From the NCBI GenBank assembly GCA_009782265.1, contig WRJM01000001.1:1-59344 (forward strand): a stretch of DNA of 59,344 bases. The letters run 5' to 3'. A program made the translations under genes and the position numbers. A model generated the notes under the pieces. The model was not told the origin of the DNA. It was given only the letters and a program-made list of their open reading frames with translations, and ran no database searches. The DNA comes from Oscillospiraceae bacterium. GTDB lineage: Bacteria; Bacillota; Clostridia; Oscillospirales; Ruminococcaceae. This document shows positions 38,032-47,082 of this stretch, piece after piece. How positions within the stretch are numbered: position 1 is the first letter of the stretch; each line of letters starts with the position of its first letter.

Positions 38032-39819
38032 ATGGATAAGAAAAAGTTAACGGAAGTGGTAAAATCTGCGCAAACGGGCGATAACACCGCGCTTGAAACG
38101 CTTTACCGCGAATATACAAAGCCTGTTTATTTTCTCGCTTTAAAAATCTTAGCAAATAAAGAGGATTCGGAAGATATAACGCAGGAAGTATTTATACATA
38201 TGTTTCAAAAAATCGCGGACTTGAAAAATCCTGAAACATTCCCCACTTGGTTAAATCGGATTACTTCAAATAAATGCACTGATTTTTTGAGAAAAAAGCG
38301 TGTAACGCTGAATATTGAAGATGAGGAAATAGCGCAGACAGAATTTTTTGAAGAAAGTGACCCGTTATTAGTCCCCGAAAAAGCACTTGATAACGCCGAA
38401 ACGGTGAAATTAATAACAGATATTATTGATAATTTGCCGCTTCCGCAACGTGTATGTGTCTACTATTATTATTATGAACATCTGACAATCGCGCAAATCG
38501 CTGAAAATCTCGGCGCGAATGAAAGTACGGTAAAAAATCGGCTTGCACTGGCGCGTGAGAAAATCCGAAAAGCAATAGAAAGTCTTGAAAAAAAGGACGG
38601 CATAAAATTATACGGTGTAGTGCCGCTTATGATAACCCCGATACTGCGTATAGCTTTACAGCAGTTTCAAATGCCGCAGGGTTCTGTTAATGAAATGCTC
38701 GGTAATATTACCGCAGAAGTGACCGCGACTGTAGCGGAAACGGCGGGGACAGCTTCTACAACGACTACGGCAACAGCAGGGACGACTTCTACAGCAACCA
38801 CAGGAACAGCAGGGACTACTATTACAACTACTACCGCAACAGCGGGAACTGCTTCAACAGCGACAAGCACCGCAATTTCTATGAAGTCAATAATAGCGTT
38901 AATCGCGGCGATTGCAGTTGTCGCCGGAATTGGTATAACAGCGTTCTTGGTGCTAAATTCGGGGAATGAAGATGTACCCGCAGATTTAGAAGTTGTCGCG
39001 GGAGCAAATGAGGACACCGAAACGCCGGCAGAGCCACTCGAAAATATTATCACAACAGAACCCGAAACAGAGAATATAACAGAAACCGAACCCGAAATAA
39101 TCAAAATTGAGATTGATTTAAGCGGAAAAGATATAACCAATGAACAGTTGGCGGAATTAGTAGCAAACGGAGAAATTCCGAAAAATGTTACACATTTAAA
39201 ATTAGGAATATTCATTGACGAAAAAGCAAAAGATGAGATTACAGAATCTTTTAGCGGACAAGGGTTTTTATCGCAAATGGTATCATCGGCAGAATCATAT
39301 AACCAAATAACCGATATAACACCACTTGCGGAATTAACTGATTTGATTTATTTAGATTTAAGCGGCTCTGGATATTCATTTGGAAATGAATTTGGAAATC
39401 CGCGCCTTGAAGTATTCGGAAATCAAATTATTGATATATCAGCATTAAGTGAATTGACGAATTTAACGCATTTGTATTTGGGAAACAATCAAATTATTGA
39501 TATAGCACCGCTTTCAAGATTAAATAATTTGACAGTGTTGGATTTGGGAAGCAACCAAATCAACGATATAACACCGCTTTCGGAATTAAATAATTTAACA
39601 ACGTTGGACTTGAGGAAAAACGAAATTAATGATATTTCATCACTTACGGAATTGAATTGTTTAACAGAATTGATTTTAAGAAGCAACAAAATAGAAGATG
39701 TTATTTCGCTTGCAGAGTTAATTAATTTAACGGAATTGGATTTGTGGAATTGTACCTTGAATGAAGAAAAGATTAACGCGCTTCAAGCCACATTACCACA
39801 ATGCAATATAAAAAAATAA
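38032..39819 (+). CDS. ECF sigma factor fused to a TM helix and an LRR domain
   Basis: Region 2 (DSEDITQEVFI, FPTWLNRITSNKCTDFLRK), region 4 (LPLPQR, IAQIAENLGANESTVKNRLALAR), TM IIALIAAIAVVAGIGITAFLVL, six 22-aa LRRs; AAGGAG before MDKKK. Confidence 0.88.
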   Translation: MDKKKLTEVVKSAQTGDNTALETLYREYTKPVYFLALKILANKEDSEDITQEVFIHMFQKIADLKNPETFPTWLNRITSNKCTDFLRKKRVTLNIEDEEIAQTEFFEESDPLLVPEKALDNAETVKLITDIIDNLPLPQRVCVYYYYYEHLTIAQIAENLGANESTVKNRLALAREKIRKAIESLEKKDGIKLYGVVPLMITPILRIALQQFQMPQGSVNEMLGNITAEVTATVAETAGTASTTTTATAGTTSTATTGTAGTTITTTTATAGTASTATSTAISMKSIIALIAAIAVVAGIGITAFLVLNSGNEDVPADLEVVAGANEDTETPAEPLENIITTEPETENITETEPEIIKIEIDLSGKDITNEQLAELVANGEIPKNVTHLKLGIFIDEKAKDEITESFSGQGFLSQMVSSAESYNQITDITPLAELTDLIYLDLSGSGYSFGNEFGNPRLEVFGNQIIDISALSELTNLTHLYLGNNQIIDIAPLSRLNNLTVLDLGSNQINDITPLSELNNLTTLDLRKNEINDISSLTELNCLTELILRSNKIEDVISLAELINLTELDLWNCTLNEEKINALQATLPQCNIKK

Positions 39820-39853
39820 AGCAAAAAAATTAAATTTAAAGGGGAATTTCAAA

Positions 39854-41137
39854 ATGAAAATCAAAAAAATCACAGCATTACTCTTGGCTTTATGCCTTAT
39901 CATCGGCTTGACGGCTTGCGGCGGTGATAAACCCGTCGAAAGTTCTTTAAAAAACAACACAACCACAACGACAACGACAAGAGCAAATGAAAACGCTTCG
40001 ACAACAACGCCTGAAGTCATAACCGCGTCTGACCCTGAACCTATAATTAATGTACAAGGGGGTGCTTTTTCGGACGGGGTTGCATGGGTTAAATTAAATA
40101 AAGGGCAATGGCACTGTTTGGATAAAACAGGAACGGTTTTATTTGAATTAGAAGAAAATCACGGACCTGCATCTGATTTTTTAAATGGTACTGCTTGGGT
40201 GCAATCCAACGGGAAAACAATTGGATTGGTTGATAAAACCGGAAAAATAATTCCTGTACCGGAATCAAACGAATACGACGAGATATTTATGTTTATTTAC
40301 GGAGCGGATTTAATGTTTGTTAAAAAACATATTGAAACTTTTGAAGTGACCGAAGACAGAGTCGGGTTGATTGATATTAACGGGAATTGGAAAGTAGAAT
40401 TGAGCAACGATATTGTTTGGACTGCTCTTTTAGAGGAAGGAGATTTTAAATATTTAGGTGAGGGTTTTGTGAGTAAAACAACAGGGTTATTAGGTTCTTC
40501 TACATATCTCTACAATATTTCTGAATGTAAAGCTCTCGGAAAAATATATGACATGAGTGCAGTTTATTTTTATAATAATCGTCCCGCTCATCTTGAAAAA
40601 ATGGAAAACGGTATCGGATTTTACAGCGATGACGGTTTTATATATTATGTTGATAAATCAGGCACAACAACAAAACTTGGCGGTCAATTTATGGATACTG
40701 TTTTAGGAAACTACAGTAACGAACTGTTTTATGCGGAATTCAAAACAGGGTTTATTTCAGAAACAAATCGTGGGTTTTATGATGTTGAGGGGAATATTAT
40801 AATAGACCTTTCAGAGTACGATGTTGAGATTCACCCTGATAAACCTGAATTTATAGACGGGTATTGCTTACTTTCTATGAAGAATCCGCAAGGCAGTGAA
40901 TATTACACTATTATTGATAAAACAGGTAAGCAAATGTTTGAACCTAAACTTTACAATTACAACATAAAGTATAACGGTGGCGGGGTATACACGGAAGAGA
41001 ATACTCTTTTTAACATTAACGGTGAAATGATAGCTGAAATTGAGGGCGATGTATCATTTTTCTGCGAGGGTATTGCTGTGGTCAATATAAATAATGAATT
41101 TTATTATATTGACACATCAGGGAAGCGGTTGTTCTAA
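39854..41137 (+). CDS. WG-repeat lipoprotein
   Basis: Lipobox LTAC; Thr-rich linker; repeats FSDGVAWV, FLNGTAWV, FIDGYCLL, FCEGIAVV with (Y/L)IDxxG motifs. Confidence 0.8.
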   Translation: MKIKKITALLLALCLIIGLTACGGDKPVESSLKNNTTTTTTTRANENASTTTPEVITASDPEPIINVQGGAFSDGVAWVKLNKGQWHCLDKTGTVLFELEENHGPASDFLNGTAWVQSNGKTIGLVDKTGKIIPVPESNEYDEIFMFIYGADLMFVKKHIETFEVTEDRVGLIDINGNWKVELSNDIVWTALLEEGDFKYLGEGFVSKTTGLLGSSTYLYNISECKALGKIYDMSAVYFYNNRPAHLEKMENGIGFYSDDGFIYYVDKSGTTTKLGGQFMDTVLGNYSNELFYAEFKTGFISETNRGFYDVEGNIIIDLSEYDVEIHPDKPEFIDGYCLLSMKNPQGSEYYTIIDKTGKQMFEPKLYNYNIKYNGGGVYTEENTLFNINGEMIAEIEGDVSFFCEGIAVVNINNEFYYIDTSGKRLF

Positions 41138-41159
41138 ATAAGGAAATCTGAATTAAATA

Positions 41160-41190
41160 AAAGCGACACCTTAACCCGGGTGTCGCTTTT
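41160..41190 (+). terminator. Intrinsic terminator after the lipoprotein
   Basis: aaagcgacacc/ggtgtcgcttt stem. Confidence 0.75.
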
Positions 41191-41268
41191 GGTTATTAAG
41201 TCTTTACAGATTTAAAGGATTGTGATATAATTATAATGTAGATAAATTAAGAATGGGAGAGGTTTAAC

Positions 41269-41934
41269 ATGAATTTATTTAGAAAAATTAAAGACTTTTT
41301 TAATAAGTTAATAAAAAATCTTCGGGCTGAACTACACAGAGAACACGGAGGGTTTTTACATGTAGAGAATATTATAGCGGAATTGAAAAAACAAGTAAAT
41401 AAATATAACAATGCTCGGTTAAAATTCGTTGAAAAGGTAAAGGAATATAAATCACATTGCTCTCTTTATATTATAGATAATCCTAATTTAACAGAAAATT
41501 TTAAAAAATCCGAAAAGGAATTTAAAGAAACGGAAATGTGGTGCAGAGAAGCAATAAAAGAAATATTACGCAATCTAACCTTTTGGGATGTTTTATATGT
41601 ACTAATGATAAAATATAAAAAAGAGAAAACAAAAGAACAAGTTGCTTATACAACGGCAGTTGAAAAACACTTTTCAATGAGTAGAATTTATAATTCTAAA
41701 AAAGGGAAAGAAATATTTAATGCGTATTATGCAATTGTGCTTATAATTGTACTCAAAGTAAATATTATAGTTGCCGAAGTATGGCTAAATAAAATAAATT
41801 ATTCGTTTTCATATGATAACGAAGCAGATATTTTTATTTACGAAAAAATAAAGGAAGAAAAGCACTCGTTTATAAATGATGATGATTTAGAATATATTCG
41901 GAATCGGAATTATACTTATAAATTTATAAATTAA
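41269..41934 (+). CDS. Hypothetical AT-rich cargo protein
   Basis: 221-aa ORF, GGGAGAGG RBS, upstream TTTACA-17-TATAAT. Confidence 0.7.
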   Translation: MNLFRKIKDFFNKLIKNLRAELHREHGGFLHVENIIAELKKQVNKYNNARLKFVEKVKEYKSHCSLYIIDNPNLTENFKKSEKEFKETEMWCREAIKEILRNLTFWDVLYVLMIKYKKEKTKEQVAYTTAVEKHFSMSRIYNSKKGKEIFNAYYAIVLIIVLKVNIIVAEVWLNKINYSFSYDNEADIFIYEKIKEEKHSFINDDDLEYIRNRNYTYKFIN

Positions 41935-42075
41935 ATAACTATGCAGAAACTCGCATAAAAATTGGCGGGGGATTTTGATATGATTAAAGCAAGGACAAGA
42001 CTTGCTCTTAATCAATCAACAATCCCCCGCCATATTCGCGCGATGTTGGCGGTACAAATTAAAGGAGTATACCTT

Positions 42076-42429
42076 ATGATTAAAAAACTTGATTTAACCC
42101 TCGCCGCTATAAACGGCGGACAAGAAACCGCGATTTTAACCGCAAAAGCGGACTTTTTCCCGTATGCAAACGGTAAGAAGTCAAGCGAAACACCGATAGG
42201 TGTTAAGTTCACGGTGGCACTCCAAGGAAACAAGTTCACATCTCTTGATGTAAAAATCAAGGGTGTTGACCCGCTTCCGAACGTAACTGATGAGCAACTC
42301 ACAGTTGCATGTGCAACCATGAAGTACCCTATTGTTAAGTTCACCGATTGCAAGGTCACGCTGTACCCCACTGGCGGGATAATGACGGCAGAAGCAAGCG
42401 GAATTGAGCTTGTGAACGGAGGAAAATAA
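42076..42429 (+). CDS. Small beta-rich protein, possible ssDNA-binding OB fold
   Basis: AAAGGAG before MIKKL; beta-strand pattern; first gene of the replication/mobilisation module. Confidence 0.55.
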   Translation: MIKKLDLTLAAINGGQETAILTAKADFFPYANGKKSSETPIGVKFTVALQGNKFTSLDVKIKGVDPLPNVTDEQLTVACATMKYPIVKFTDCKVTLYPTGGIMTAEASGIELVNGGK

Positions 42430-42509
42430 AAAACACGGTGAAGTCAATAAGGGAAAGCGGAAACCCGCTTCCCCTGCGGCTCGCCGCAATAGGAAAGGAA
42501 ACTATAACT

Positions 42510-43031
42510 ATGTTTTATTTCAAATCGGGCGTTATCGGGATAACCAATAATAGGTACAAACTTTTACTGGTTATCGCGTACACGGTGACGGCTTCCATTA
42601 TGGGGTATAAGCTGTACAACGCTTTACCCTCCGGTATACCGTTCTATTTTATAATCGAAAAAATCATCACCACTTTAATTGTATCTGTCGGCACGGCGGG
42701 GTTGATATTTTTGATTAAATTCATTGGGAGGCTTCAAACGCGGAAGTATCAAGATGATTTTTTAAGAATCCACCTTAAAAATGGGCTTGGTGAAACGCCG
42801 CAACGGTTATCTAAACGACGCGACAAGGAAACAAAAAAGGGCTTTATCATTACATTTGATAACGCACGGATAAGTATTGAGGATTTTGATAATAAAACCG
42901 CTGACCTTAACAACATTTTAAATGCGGAAGTTTACCACATGGAATATAGCAAAACTCTGCGAAAAACCCTTGTTTACGCTCGCAAATACAAAAAAATAAA
43001 AGTCGGGGAGGTTTTAGATGATGAAGTATAA
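42510..43031 (+). CDS. Two-TM membrane protein (possible anchor for the FtsK-like ATPase)
   Basis: GAAAGGA before MFYFK; two hydrophobic segments; overlaps the next gene. Confidence 0.65.
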   Translation: MFYFKSGVIGITNNRYKLLLVIAYTVTASIMGYKLYNALPSGIPFYFIIEKIITTLIVSVGTAGLIFLIKFIGRLQTRKYQDDFLRIHLKNGLGETPQRLSKRRDKETKKGFIITFDNARISIEDFDNKTADLNNILNAEVYHMEYSKTLRKTLVYARKYKKIKVGEVLDDEV

Positions 43032-43785
43032 CCAAAACGCTCCCACCCTCTCTCTCGGTTATGACCTTGATTTATTGGAGCGGGGCGAAAAATCTAAAAT
43101 TATGCTTAACCTTTCCCGTTCTCAAAACACTCATTTGTTGTGTATCGGGCAGTCAGGAAGCGGGAAAAGTTATTCCTTAATTAGTTACCTGTCAAAACTA
43201 TCATTGGCAGAACCGCAGGGGGAAATTTTGTTTGCAGATTTCAAGGGCGAATTTGAGTGGCTTAGCGGCTGTCCTCGCTACTTTCCTTACAAGAACGCAT
43301 ACAACGCTGTTGAAATTGCCTACAATATGTTGTCTGCTCGATTATCGGGTGATGATGTGTCGGAAAATCCCTTGACCTTTATTTTCGACGAATATGTAAG
43401 CGCGATACTAAGCCAAACGGCAGAGGATAAAAAAGCCGCCGCACTGACTATGAGTAAAATATCAGAAATTTTACTAATGGGTAGAGCTTGCGGGCGCGCT
43501 TCCGTCCGATTCTGGTGTTTTACCCAGAGATGCGATAGTTTAGTTTTTCCTGTTGGCTCAAGGGAGCAGTTCGGGGGTGCAGTAATAGCCCTCGGAATGG
43601 TTAGTAAGGAAGCAAAACAAATGATGTTCAGTGATTTTACAGAAGATTTTAAGGGCAGAATACTTGGACGTGGCGAAGGCAGAGTTATATTAAATGGTTC
43701 TACCCTCCGACATGTCAAAATAGGGCAAATCAACACGGATAAGGCGCAAGCCTTATGTAAAGCGGCTTTGTTAAAACCACTATAA
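43018..43785 (+). CDS. FtsK/SpoIIIE-like (TcpA-type) ATPase
   Basis: HLLCIGQSGSGKS Walker A, DFKG, FIFDE Walker B, GRACG, FTQR, GRGEG. Confidence 0.82.
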   Translation: MMKYNQNAPTLSLGYDLDLLERGEKSKIMLNLSRSQNTHLLCIGQSGSGKSYSLISYLSKLSLAEPQGEILFADFKGEFEWLSGCPRYFPYKNAYNAVEIAYNMLSARLSGDDVSENPLTFIFDEYVSAILSQTAEDKKAAALTMSKISEILLMGRACGRASVRFWCFTQRCDSLVFPVGSREQFGGAVIALGMVSKEAKQMMFSDFTEDFKGRILGRGEGRVILNGSTLRHVKIGQINTDKAQALCKAALLKPL

Positions 43786-43798
43786 CAAGTAATCGCAG

Positions 43799-43863
43799 GG
43801 CTTCCGCACCGTGAAGCGGAGCGAAAACGGCGCGGAAGCCGCTACTTTTAACTTGATTGTAGC
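43799..43863 (+). other. Candidate double-strand origin/oriT
   Basis: 14-bp stem ggcttccgcaccgt/acggcgcggaagcc, then gctac-loop-gtagc with AACTTGAT in the loop, just upstream of rep. Confidence 0.6.
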
Positions 43864-43899
43864 AGAAAAAGGGCGAAGCTGAAAATTTGGGGGTGAACA

Positions 43900-44856
43900 A
43901 TGCGAAAATATAAAAGCGTTGATAGCGTTTATATTCCCGACAATGACCCTGTGACGGTGAAATTCTGCGGAAACGTCATTGAAATTAAATACGCCAGTCA
44001 CCGCAACTCGGAAGCCCATATAAAAAAGCTCGATAAAGATTGCTACATAAAATTATCTGAAAACACAGGTGAGGTTTACGAGTTTAAACACGGAGAGAAC
44101 AGGCTAAACGATACAATCAGCGTTAAAAGAAGCCTTGAAGAATTGCGGGATTATATCAACACCAATGTTATAAATACTGTAAACTGTAAATGGTTGACAT
44201 TAACTTATGCGGAAAATATGACAGAACCGAAACGGTTAAAAGATGATTTCAAGGAGTTTAACAGATTATGCCGTAACCAATACGGACACTATGAATATAT
44301 CACGGCGGCAGAACCTCAACAGCGCGGCGCATGGCATTTACACGTCATATTAATATTCGATAAACCCGCGCCGTATATGAGAAATTCAGAGGTTTGCGCT
44401 TTATGGGGTCAAGGGTTCGTAAATGTCCGCAAACTCAATGAGGTTGACAATATAGGAATGTACTTAACGGCATATTTGGCGGATTTACCGCTTGATGAAG
44501 CAATTCAAAACACAAAAAATATATTGGCTTTAAAAGTTGAAAATGTGAAAATGGTTGAGAGCGTAAACAAAAACGGCAAAATGGAAACCAAAGCATACAT
44601 AAAGGGCGAACGTATGAAGATGTACCCGCGCGGATTTCATATACACCGCGAAAGCAGGGGAATCAAAAAGCCCGAAAAAATAAAAATGAAAAACTCCGAA
44701 GCCGCGAAAATAGTTAAGGATTATAACAAAATATACGAAAAAAGCGTTGAAATAACTGATGAAGATAACAGCTTCACTGTGGTGACAAACAAGCGGGTTT
44801 ATAACAAGAACCCGCACGCTAAGAAATTTTTGAAAGGTGGTGCAGATGATGAGTAA
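43900..44856 (+). CDS. Rolling-circle HUH endonuclease (Rep/relaxase)
   Basis: Motif I WLTLTY, motif II EPQQRGAWHLHVIL, motif III YLTAYL. Confidence 0.88.
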   Translation: MRKYKSVDSVYIPDNDPVTVKFCGNVIEIKYASHRNSEAHIKKLDKDCYIKLSENTGEVYEFKHGENRLNDTISVKRSLEELRDYINTNVINTVNCKWLTLTYAENMTEPKRLKDDFKEFNRLCRNQYGHYEYITAAEPQQRGAWHLHVILIFDKPAPYMRNSEVCALWGQGFVNVRKLNEVDNIGMYLTAYLADLPLDEAIQNTKNILALKVENVKMVESVNKNGKMETKAYIKGERMKMYPRGFHIHRESRGIKKPEKIKMKNSEAAKIVKDYNKIYEKSVEITDEDNSFTVVTNKRVYNKNPHAKKFLKGGADDE

Positions 44857-45022
44857 ACCTAAAATGCTTACAATTGATGAAGCCGCCGCTTTGGTGGACG
44901 GTTTAACAAAATTTCGTATACGTCAGATGTGTATTGATGGAATACTCCCGCATATAAAGGCGGGGAAAAAATACTTAATCAATCAAAGTATTTTATTTGA
45001 AAAAATCGGCGAAAAAATTTAA
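44846..45022 (+). CDS. xis: Excisionase-like HTH protein
   Basis: MLTIDEAA...IRQMCIDGILPHIKAGKKYLI; directly upstream of the integrase. Confidence 0.82.
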   Translation: MMSKPKMLTIDEAAALVDGLTKFRIRQMCIDGILPHIKAGKKYLINQSILFEKIGEKI

Positions 45023-45051
45023 TAAAACCTTGTATTAATCGGTGTTTAGGC

Positions 45052-45080
45052 TTGACATTGCTACTAAAATATGTTATAAT
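45052..45080 (+). promoter_or_regulatory. Consensus sigma-A promoter of the integrase
   Basis: TTGACA-17-TATAAT with extended TG. Confidence 0.8.
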
Positions 45081-45135
45081 AACAGTAGTAAAAAACACGC
45101 CATACACCGATTAAGTTTAAGGAGGACTTAGTAGT

Positions 45136-46308
45136 ATGGCAACAATTCAAAAAAGAGGTAATACCTACAAAATAACCGTTTCCACTGGCTACAATGCAAA
45201 CGGACAGCAAGTAAGGCAGTATAAAACATGGAAGCCGCAAGGAGGCATGACGGAAAAGCAGATTGAAAAAGAGGTCAACCGTCAAGCGGTATTGTTTGAG
45301 GAAGATTGTTTGAACGGTCAGATTACGGCGGCGGTCAAGTTTGAGGATTTCGCTTGTCAATGGTTCAAAGAGTATGCGGAAATTAAGTTGAAAACTCAAA
45401 CGCTCCGTAATTATCACTTTGCAGAAAAAAGGATTTATAAAGCAATAGGATTTTTGAGAATGGATAAAATTACCCCGCGAAATATCCAAAAATACATACT
45501 TGACCTTAATCAAACAGGATTAGCACCAAAAACAATTAAAAATCATATCTGCCTTATTTCCTCAATCTTCAATTATGCGGTTAAAATGCAACAAATTGCT
45601 TTTAATCCCTGCACCAATGTTACAATCCCGCGACAAGAGCAAAAAGACAAAGAGATTTATACGCTTGAAGAAACGCAAAACCTGCTTGATTTACTTTCTA
45701 AAGAGGACACAAACGATTTTAAATTTACGGTTTTCTTTACTCTCGCAATTTTTACAGGGCTAAGGCGCGGGGAACTGTTAGGGCTTGAATGGCAGGACTT
45801 CAACATGGAAAATAATGTTGTTTCCATTAATCGCACGTCAAACTGGACGAAAGAGCGCGGAGTATACACCGATACCCCAAAAACGCAGTCAAGCCGCCGA
45901 AGCATAAAACTTCCCGTCGAGATTATACGATTTTTGCAAAACTTCCGCGAACATCAAAACACGGAAAAGGAACTAATAGGTGATAAATGGGAAGAAAACA
46001 ACCGCCTTTTCACACAATGGAACGGCGCGCCCATGAGTACAAATGCCCCTTGCGCCTATTTCAGAAGATTTTGCAAACGTACAGGCATACGTTATGTAAA
46101 TATTCATTCTTGGCGGCATTTCAACGCTTCGGTGTTGATTTTCAAAGGTGTTGATGTTAAATCGGTTCAAAGCCATTTAGGACATTCTTCCGCTAATACC
46201 ACGCTTTCTATTTACTGCCATGAGTTTCAAGCCGCACAAGCTGTAGCAATGGAAGCACTGACAAGTGTAATAAGTTTACAGGGATTAGGAAGCGTAAACG
46301 CCAAATAA
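45136..46308 (+). CDS. int: Tyrosine recombinase/integrase
   Basis: TGLRRGELLGL, TPKT, HSWRH, LGHSS, TLSIYCH catalytic residues; N-terminal arm-binding domain. Confidence 0.96.
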   Translation: MATIQKRGNTYKITVSTGYNANGQQVRQYKTWKPQGGMTEKQIEKEVNRQAVLFEEDCLNGQITAAVKFEDFACQWFKEYAEIKLKTQTLRNYHFAEKRIYKAIGFLRMDKITPRNIQKYILDLNQTGLAPKTIKNHICLISSIFNYAVKMQQIAFNPCTNVTIPRQEQKDKEIYTLEETQNLLDLLSKEDTNDFKFTVFFTLAIFTGLRRGELLGLEWQDFNMENNVVSINRTSNWTKERGVYTDTPKTQSSRRSIKLPVEIIRFLQNFREHQNTEKELIGDKWEENNRLFTQWNGAPMSTNAPCAYFRRFCKRTGIRYVNIHSWRHFNASVLIFKGVDVKSVQSHLGHSSANTTLSIYCHEFQAAQAVAMEALTSVISLQGLGSVNAK

Positions 46309-46385
46309 ACGCCAAACAGCAAAAACGCTAAAAAGCAAAAACCGCAAACCCGTTTTAAATGCGGATTTACGGTCTAAGAAAAGAG

Positions 46386-46459
46386 GGAGGATAGAGGGGC
46401 TCGAACCCTCGACCTTCAGAGCCACAATCTGACGCGCTACCAACTACGCTATATCCTCC
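46386..46459 (-). tRNA. tRNA-His (GTG)
   Basis: Cloverleaf GGAGGATA..TCAGA-TT-GTG-GC-TCTGA..TTCGAGC..TATCCTCC with the His-type G-1:C73 pair; CCA not encoded. Confidence 0.95.
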
Positions 46460-46523
46460 AAATCGCCACGGTATAATGATTCATATAAGAACCACGCAAA
46501 TACTGCCCGTCGCGGCTCGCGAC

Positions 46524-46597
<74 letters not shown>

Positions 46598-46700
46598 AAG
46601 ATAATATTATTTCCAAACAAGATAAAAACCCCGCCGCCAATCAAGCCGATAAACATTCTGCCTTTTTGGGCGACGGAACAGAGAGCGGCGGCACGCCGCA

Positions 46701-46771
46701 AGCGGGTGATGGGAATCGAACCCACGTGTTCAGCTTGGAAGGCTGACATTCTACCATTGAACTACACCCGC
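46701..46771 (-). tRNA. tRNA-Gly (TCC)
   Basis: GCGGGTG..TCAGC-CT-TCC-AA-GCTGA..GTTCGATTC..CACCCGCT. Confidence 0.95.
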
Positions 46772-46801
46772 ATTTTTAATAATGAGCAATACAGCTTATT
46801 A

Positions 46802-46830
46802 ATTATAGCATATAATTTTTCCCTTGTCAA
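46802..46830 (-). promoter_or_regulatory. Sigma-A promoter of the tRNA cluster
   Basis: TTGACA-17-TATAAT on the minus strand. Confidence 0.8.
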
Positions 46831-47082
46831 CAACTTTTTAATAAACCTTTTTTAATCATACAAATTAATTGTATTTATATCATCGTTATTTGGTTATTTC
46901 GCCGATTTTTTGATTTTAAAGCTTTTGCTGATGAATATTTCCTTGCAATTATGGGTTTGTTTATGATATTATGGATATATAATTATTTAGGCACACTGTA
47001 TATTGATTTTTTACTTGATTTATACGACCTACAACAGCGTGCCGCAAATTACTTTAAATTAATTTTGAAAGGAATTTTAGGC

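Larger units (their letters stand above)
37153..46405. mobile_element. Integrative (probably mobilisable) rolling-circle element at tRNA-His
   Basis: Exact 31-bp direct repeat at both ends containing the tRNA 3' end; int, xis, HUH Rep, FtsK-like ATPase; AT-rich cargo. Confidence 0.92.

Noticed and set aside
37153-46405. Element as a tailed prophage or self-transmissible ICE
   Set aside because: No terminase, capsid, tail, VirB4 or cell-wall hydrolase genes are visible and the size is too small.
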